Shown here one piece after another: positions 60,953-64,000 of a DNA stretch of 64,000 nt. The first letter of the stretch is position 1. Every line of letters starts with the position of its first letter. The stretch is from an uncultured Solirubrobacteraceae bacterium (lineage in GTDB: Bacteria; Actinomycetota; Thermoleophilia; Solirubrobacterales; Solirubrobacteraceae), in NCBI GenBank assembly GCA_964588985.1, contig CAZPQW010000002.1:96001-160000 (forward strand). The letters are read 5' to 3'. The notes under the pieces were generated by a model, which worked only from the letters and a program-made list of their open reading frames with translations, was not told the DNA's origin and did not search any database. The translations under genes and the position numbers were made by a program.

Positions 60953-62101
60953 ATGACCAGCCTGGATCTAAACCAAGCGGAAGCGACATTTGCCGAAGCC
61001 GCCGATTTCACAGTCGGCGTCGAGGAGGAGTTCGCGCTCCTGGACCCGGAGACGCTCGACCTGACGCCCCAGTTCGAGTCTCTACGCGACGCCGCTCAGA
61101 GCGATCCGCTGCTGCATTCGCACATCACAGGCGAGCTGATCTCCTCGGAGATAGAGATAATCTCGGGCGTCGGCGTCGACCTTCACGACGCGCTCAGCCG
61201 CCAGCGCGAGCGGCGCCGACGGCTGTTCGCGTTCGCCGCGTCGCACGGCGTCGCGCTCGGCGCGACCGGCACCCATCCGTGGGCCGACTATCGCGAGCAG
61301 CCGATCATCGACACCGAGCACTACCGCCGCGTCGAGGACGGGCTCAAATACGTCGCGTGGCGCAACAACACGTTCAGCCTGCACGTCCACCTCGGCGTGC
61401 GCGACCTCGATCGCGCCGTGCGCGTGTGCGACCGCCTGCGCCCGGTGCTCCCGCTGCTGCTGGCGATCTCCGCCAACTCGCCGTACCTCGACGGGCGCAA
61501 CAGCGGCCTTCACTCGGCGCGCACGCAGAGCTTCACCAAGAGCTTCCCGCGCTGCGGCGTGCCGGATGCGTTCGGTGGATGGCGCGCCTACCGCGAGTAC
61601 ATCGAGTTCCTGCAGCGGACGAGCTCGATCGTCGAGTTCACCCAGGTCTGGTGGTCGGTCAGGCCGCACTTCAGCTTCGGCACCGTGGAGGTCCGCATCT
61701 GCGATGCGCAGGCGAACGCCCAGGAGGCCGACGCGCTCGCCTCGCTGATCGTCGCGTGCATCGCCCAGGCGACCCGCGACGTGGACGAGGGGGTCCCGTT
61801 CGTCGACCCCGCGCCGCGTCTGATCGAGGAGAACATGTGGCGCGCGATCCGCTTCGGCATGGATGGGAAGCTGATCGACCTCGAGCGCGCGGAGGAGTAC
61901 GAGGCGCGCGCGGCGGTCGAGCGGCTCGGCGCTTGGACGGCGCCGGTTCGCGCGGAGCTTGGAATCGACCTCGTATTCCCCGAGCGCAACGGCGCCCAGC
62001 GCCAGCGGCAGATGATCGACGCGGGCGCGACCCGCGAGGAGGTGTACGCGGCGAGCGTCGCGGAGACCAGGCATACCTACTCTGAGGAGGTGGCGGTTTG
62101 A
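60953..62101 (+). CDS. YbdK/GCS2 family carboxylate-amine (glutamate--cysteine) ligase
   Basis: TVGVEEEF, GTHP, HVHLG, ANSPY, GTVEVRICD, ENMWRAIRFG. Confidence 0.92.
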   Translation: MTSLDLNQAEATFAEAADFTVGVEEEFALLDPETLDLTPQFESLRDAAQSDPLLHSHITGELISSEIEIISGVGVDLHDALSRQRERRRRLFAFAASHGVALGATGTHPWADYREQPIIDTEHYRRVEDGLKYVAWRNNTFSLHVHLGVRDLDRAVRVCDRLRPVLPLLLAISANSPYLDGRNSGLHSARTQSFTKSFPRCGVPDAFGGWRAYREYIEFLQRTSSIVEFTQVWWSVRPHFSFGTVEVRICDAQANAQEADALASLIVACIAQATRDVDEGVPFVDPAPRLIEENMWRAIRFGMDGKLIDLERAEEYEARAAVERLGAWTAPVRAELGIDLVFPERNGAQRQRQMIDAGATREEVYAASVAETRHTYSEEVAV

Positions 62102-62634
62102 GCGCACACGAGACCGGCGGTCCAGGCGACCCAGGGCAGGTCCCGCCCGCGGGACCGGGTCAGCCGACCGAGGAGGAGCTGAGGGCGGCCTACGAGGCCG
62201 AGCTGAGCCGCATCACCACGACCGACATGATCGCCCAGGCGACGGTGTCGCTGCTGAACCTCGGCGCTCGGCGCCTCGGACCGCCACCGTCGGCCCCGGG
62301 TCAACCCGACGCCCCCGGCGATCCGGCCGCCGGCCGCGATCTCGAGCAGGCGCGCGACGCGATCGACGCCGCGCGAGCGCTGCTCGCGATCCTCGAGCGC
62401 ACGATCCCGCAGGAGCTGAAACCTCTGCGCGACGCGCTCTCCCAGCTGCAGATGGCCTACGCGCGGGAGATCCAGGCGACCCCCGCCGAGGCTCGTCCTG
62501 CGCCTGTTGCCAACCCCGCGGCCGCTGCGCAGGGGACACCCGCGGAGAAGAACGGCGCGCCCGGCGGAGAGGCGGCTCCGGGGGGTCCGGGGCCGGCGCA
62601 GGCCAGCGGAAGGCTGTGGGTGCCGGGCAGCTGA
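62098..62634 (+). CDS. DUF1844-like protein
   Basis: DLEQARDAID...LSQLQMAY; LWVPG C-terminus; overlaps the upstream stop. Confidence 0.65.
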   Translation: MSAHETGGPGDPGQVPPAGPGQPTEEELRAAYEAELSRITTTDMIAQATVSLLNLGARRLGPPPSAPGQPDAPGDPAAGRDLEQARDAIDAARALLAILERTIPQELKPLRDALSQLQMAYAREIQATPAEARPAPVANPAAAAQGTPAEKNGAPGGEAAPGGPGPAQASGRLWVPGS

Positions 62635-62691
62635 GGCCCGCCTGAGGCCCGGCGAGCAGCCTTTCCGCGGCTCGGCACGCTAGACTCCGCC

Positions 62692-62786
62692 CCGCGTTTG
62701 CACCGGATCAAGCTCGCCCTGAGCGATCCGGCCGCTAAATGTGCGCGCGACGATCCTCGCGCGGCACGCAAATCAGACCGCGGAGG
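62692..62786 (+). promoter_or_regulatory. Structured 5' leader of hppA (candidate cis-regulatory RNA)
   Basis: -10 TAGACT at 62681; three nested stems, with the outer stem overlapping the GGAGG RBS. Confidence 0.5.
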
Positions 62787-62793
62787 ATTTCTG

Positions 62794-64000
62794 TTGAGCA
62801 GCTTTCTGACGAACCATGGGGTCGTCGTCGCCCTCGTTTGCGCCGCATGTGCGGTGGTATACGGCCTGTTGACAACTCGTTCCCTGCTGGCGCTTTCGCC
62901 GGGCAACGAGAAGATGCAGAGCATCTCCCTGGCCGTCCAACAGGGCGCCCGGGCCTACCTGAACCGCCAGTACGCGACGATCGCGGTCGTGGGCGTCGTC
63001 CTGTTCGTCGCCATCATCTTCATCCAGGACATCGCGGTTGCCGGCGGCTTCGCCATCGGCGGCCTGCTGTCCGGCGCCACGGGCTACATCGGCATGAACG
63101 TGTCGGTGCGCTCCAACGCTCGCGTCGCCGAGGCCGCCCGCGCCGGGGTCTCCCCGGCTCTGCAGGTCGCCTTCCGCGGCGGAGCCATCACCGGCATGCT
63201 CGTCGTCGGCCTGGCCCTGTTGGGCGTGGCCGGCTACTACGGCGCGCTGACCTCGATCTTCAACGACAGCCCCAAGACGGCCGTCGACGCGCTCATCGGG
63301 CTCGGCTTCGGCGGCTCGCTGATCTCCGTCTTCGCAAGGCTCGGCGGCGGGATCTTCACGAAGGCGGCGGATGTCGGAGCTGACCTCGTGGGCAAGGTCG
63401 AGGCGGGCATCCCCGAGGACGACCCGCGCAACCCGGCGACGATCGCCGACAACGTCGGCGACAACGTCGGCGACTGCGCCGGCATGGCCGCGGACCTGTT
63501 CGAGACCTACGCGGTGACCGCGGTGGCCGTGATCCTGCTCGGCGTGCTCACGTTCCGCCGCGAAGAAGCGACGCGCGTGGCTCTGTATCCGCTGGTGATC
63601 GGTGGCGCGGCGATCATCGCGTCGATCATCGGCACCTACGCGGTGCGCACCAAATCGGGCAACGTCGAGCGCGCCCTGCTGCAGGGCCTAGTTGTGTCCG
63701 GCGTGATCGCGGCAGCCGCGTTCGCTCCGATCACCTACTGGCTGATGCGCAACCTGAACTTCCAGGAAACCGGTGACGTGGTGCACGCGCCCAGCTGGTC
63801 GCACCTGTACTTCTGCTCGCTGATCGGCATCGCCGTCACGGCACTGCTATTCGGATTGACGGAATATTACACCTCGACCCGTTTCGCGCCGGTGAAGAAG
63901 ACGGCCAAAGCGTCGATCACCGGCCACGCGACGAACATCATCCAGGGCTTCTCCTCCGGTCTGCAGGCGACGGCGCTGCCGGCGATCGTGATCGTGCTCG
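62794..64000 (+). CDS. hppA: Membrane ion-translocating pyrophosphatase, 3' end outside window
   Basis: Manual translation from TTG 62794; [44 protein letters not shown]. Confidence 0.96.
   Translation, partial: MSSFLTNHGVVVALVCAACAVVYGLLTTRSLLALSPGNEKMQSISLAVQQGARAYLNRQYATIAVVGVVLFVAIIFIQDIAVAGGFAIGGLLSGATGYIGMNVSVRSNARVAEAARAGVSPALQVAFRGGAITGMLVVGLALLGVAGYYGALTSIFNDSPKTAVDALIGLGFGGSLISVFARLGGGIFTKAADVGADLVGKVEAGIPEDDPRNPATIADNVGDNVGDCAGMAADLFETYAVTAVAVILLGVLTFRREEATRVALYPLVIGGAAIIASIIGTYAVRTKSGNVERALLQGLVVSGVIAAAAFAPITYWLMRNLNFQETGDVVHAPSWSHLYFCSLIGIAVTALLFGLTEYYTSTRFAPVKKTAKASITGHATNIIQGFSSGLQATALPAIVIVL

Noticed and set aside
62631-62651. CTGAGGCCCG direct repeat at the end of the DUF1844-like gene
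   Set aside because: Two copies of 10 bp with no element between them; uninformative.

Overview
High-GC actinobacterial chromosomal segment. Gene content and secreted-protein style suggest Thermoleophilia/Solirubrobacterales (inference). Most of it is housekeeping: pntAA-AB-B, glpD, folP, malic enzyme, polA, rpsA-coaE-SLT, uvrB, uvrA, panCDB, udg, tsaE-tsaB-rimI-tsaD, rex, ybdK-like ligase and hppA. The left end has a CHASE2 adenylate cyclase, a secreted IPT protein, a GH15, and a cNMP-binding protein coupled to a membrane Fe-S/ferredoxin/FAD fusion. These are followed by a cobalamin-riboswitch operon: three DUF4430-like proteins, EcfT, a dual ATPase and a CbrT-like S component fused to an alpha/alpha barrel, which together look like a split transcobalamin-like B12 capture system. 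Two small accessory islands carry TA-like genes (AbrB-Doc next to a tRNA-fMet relic; DUF4160 remnant/DUF2442/Fic). Other notable items are a Rho homolog that appears catalytically dead, a candidate sigma-28-driven two-hairpin sRNA before tsaE, a structured leader before hppA, a pan-motif-like hairpin, SOS boxes and many leaderless-type promoters. All family calls come from motif recognition by eye; no searches were run.
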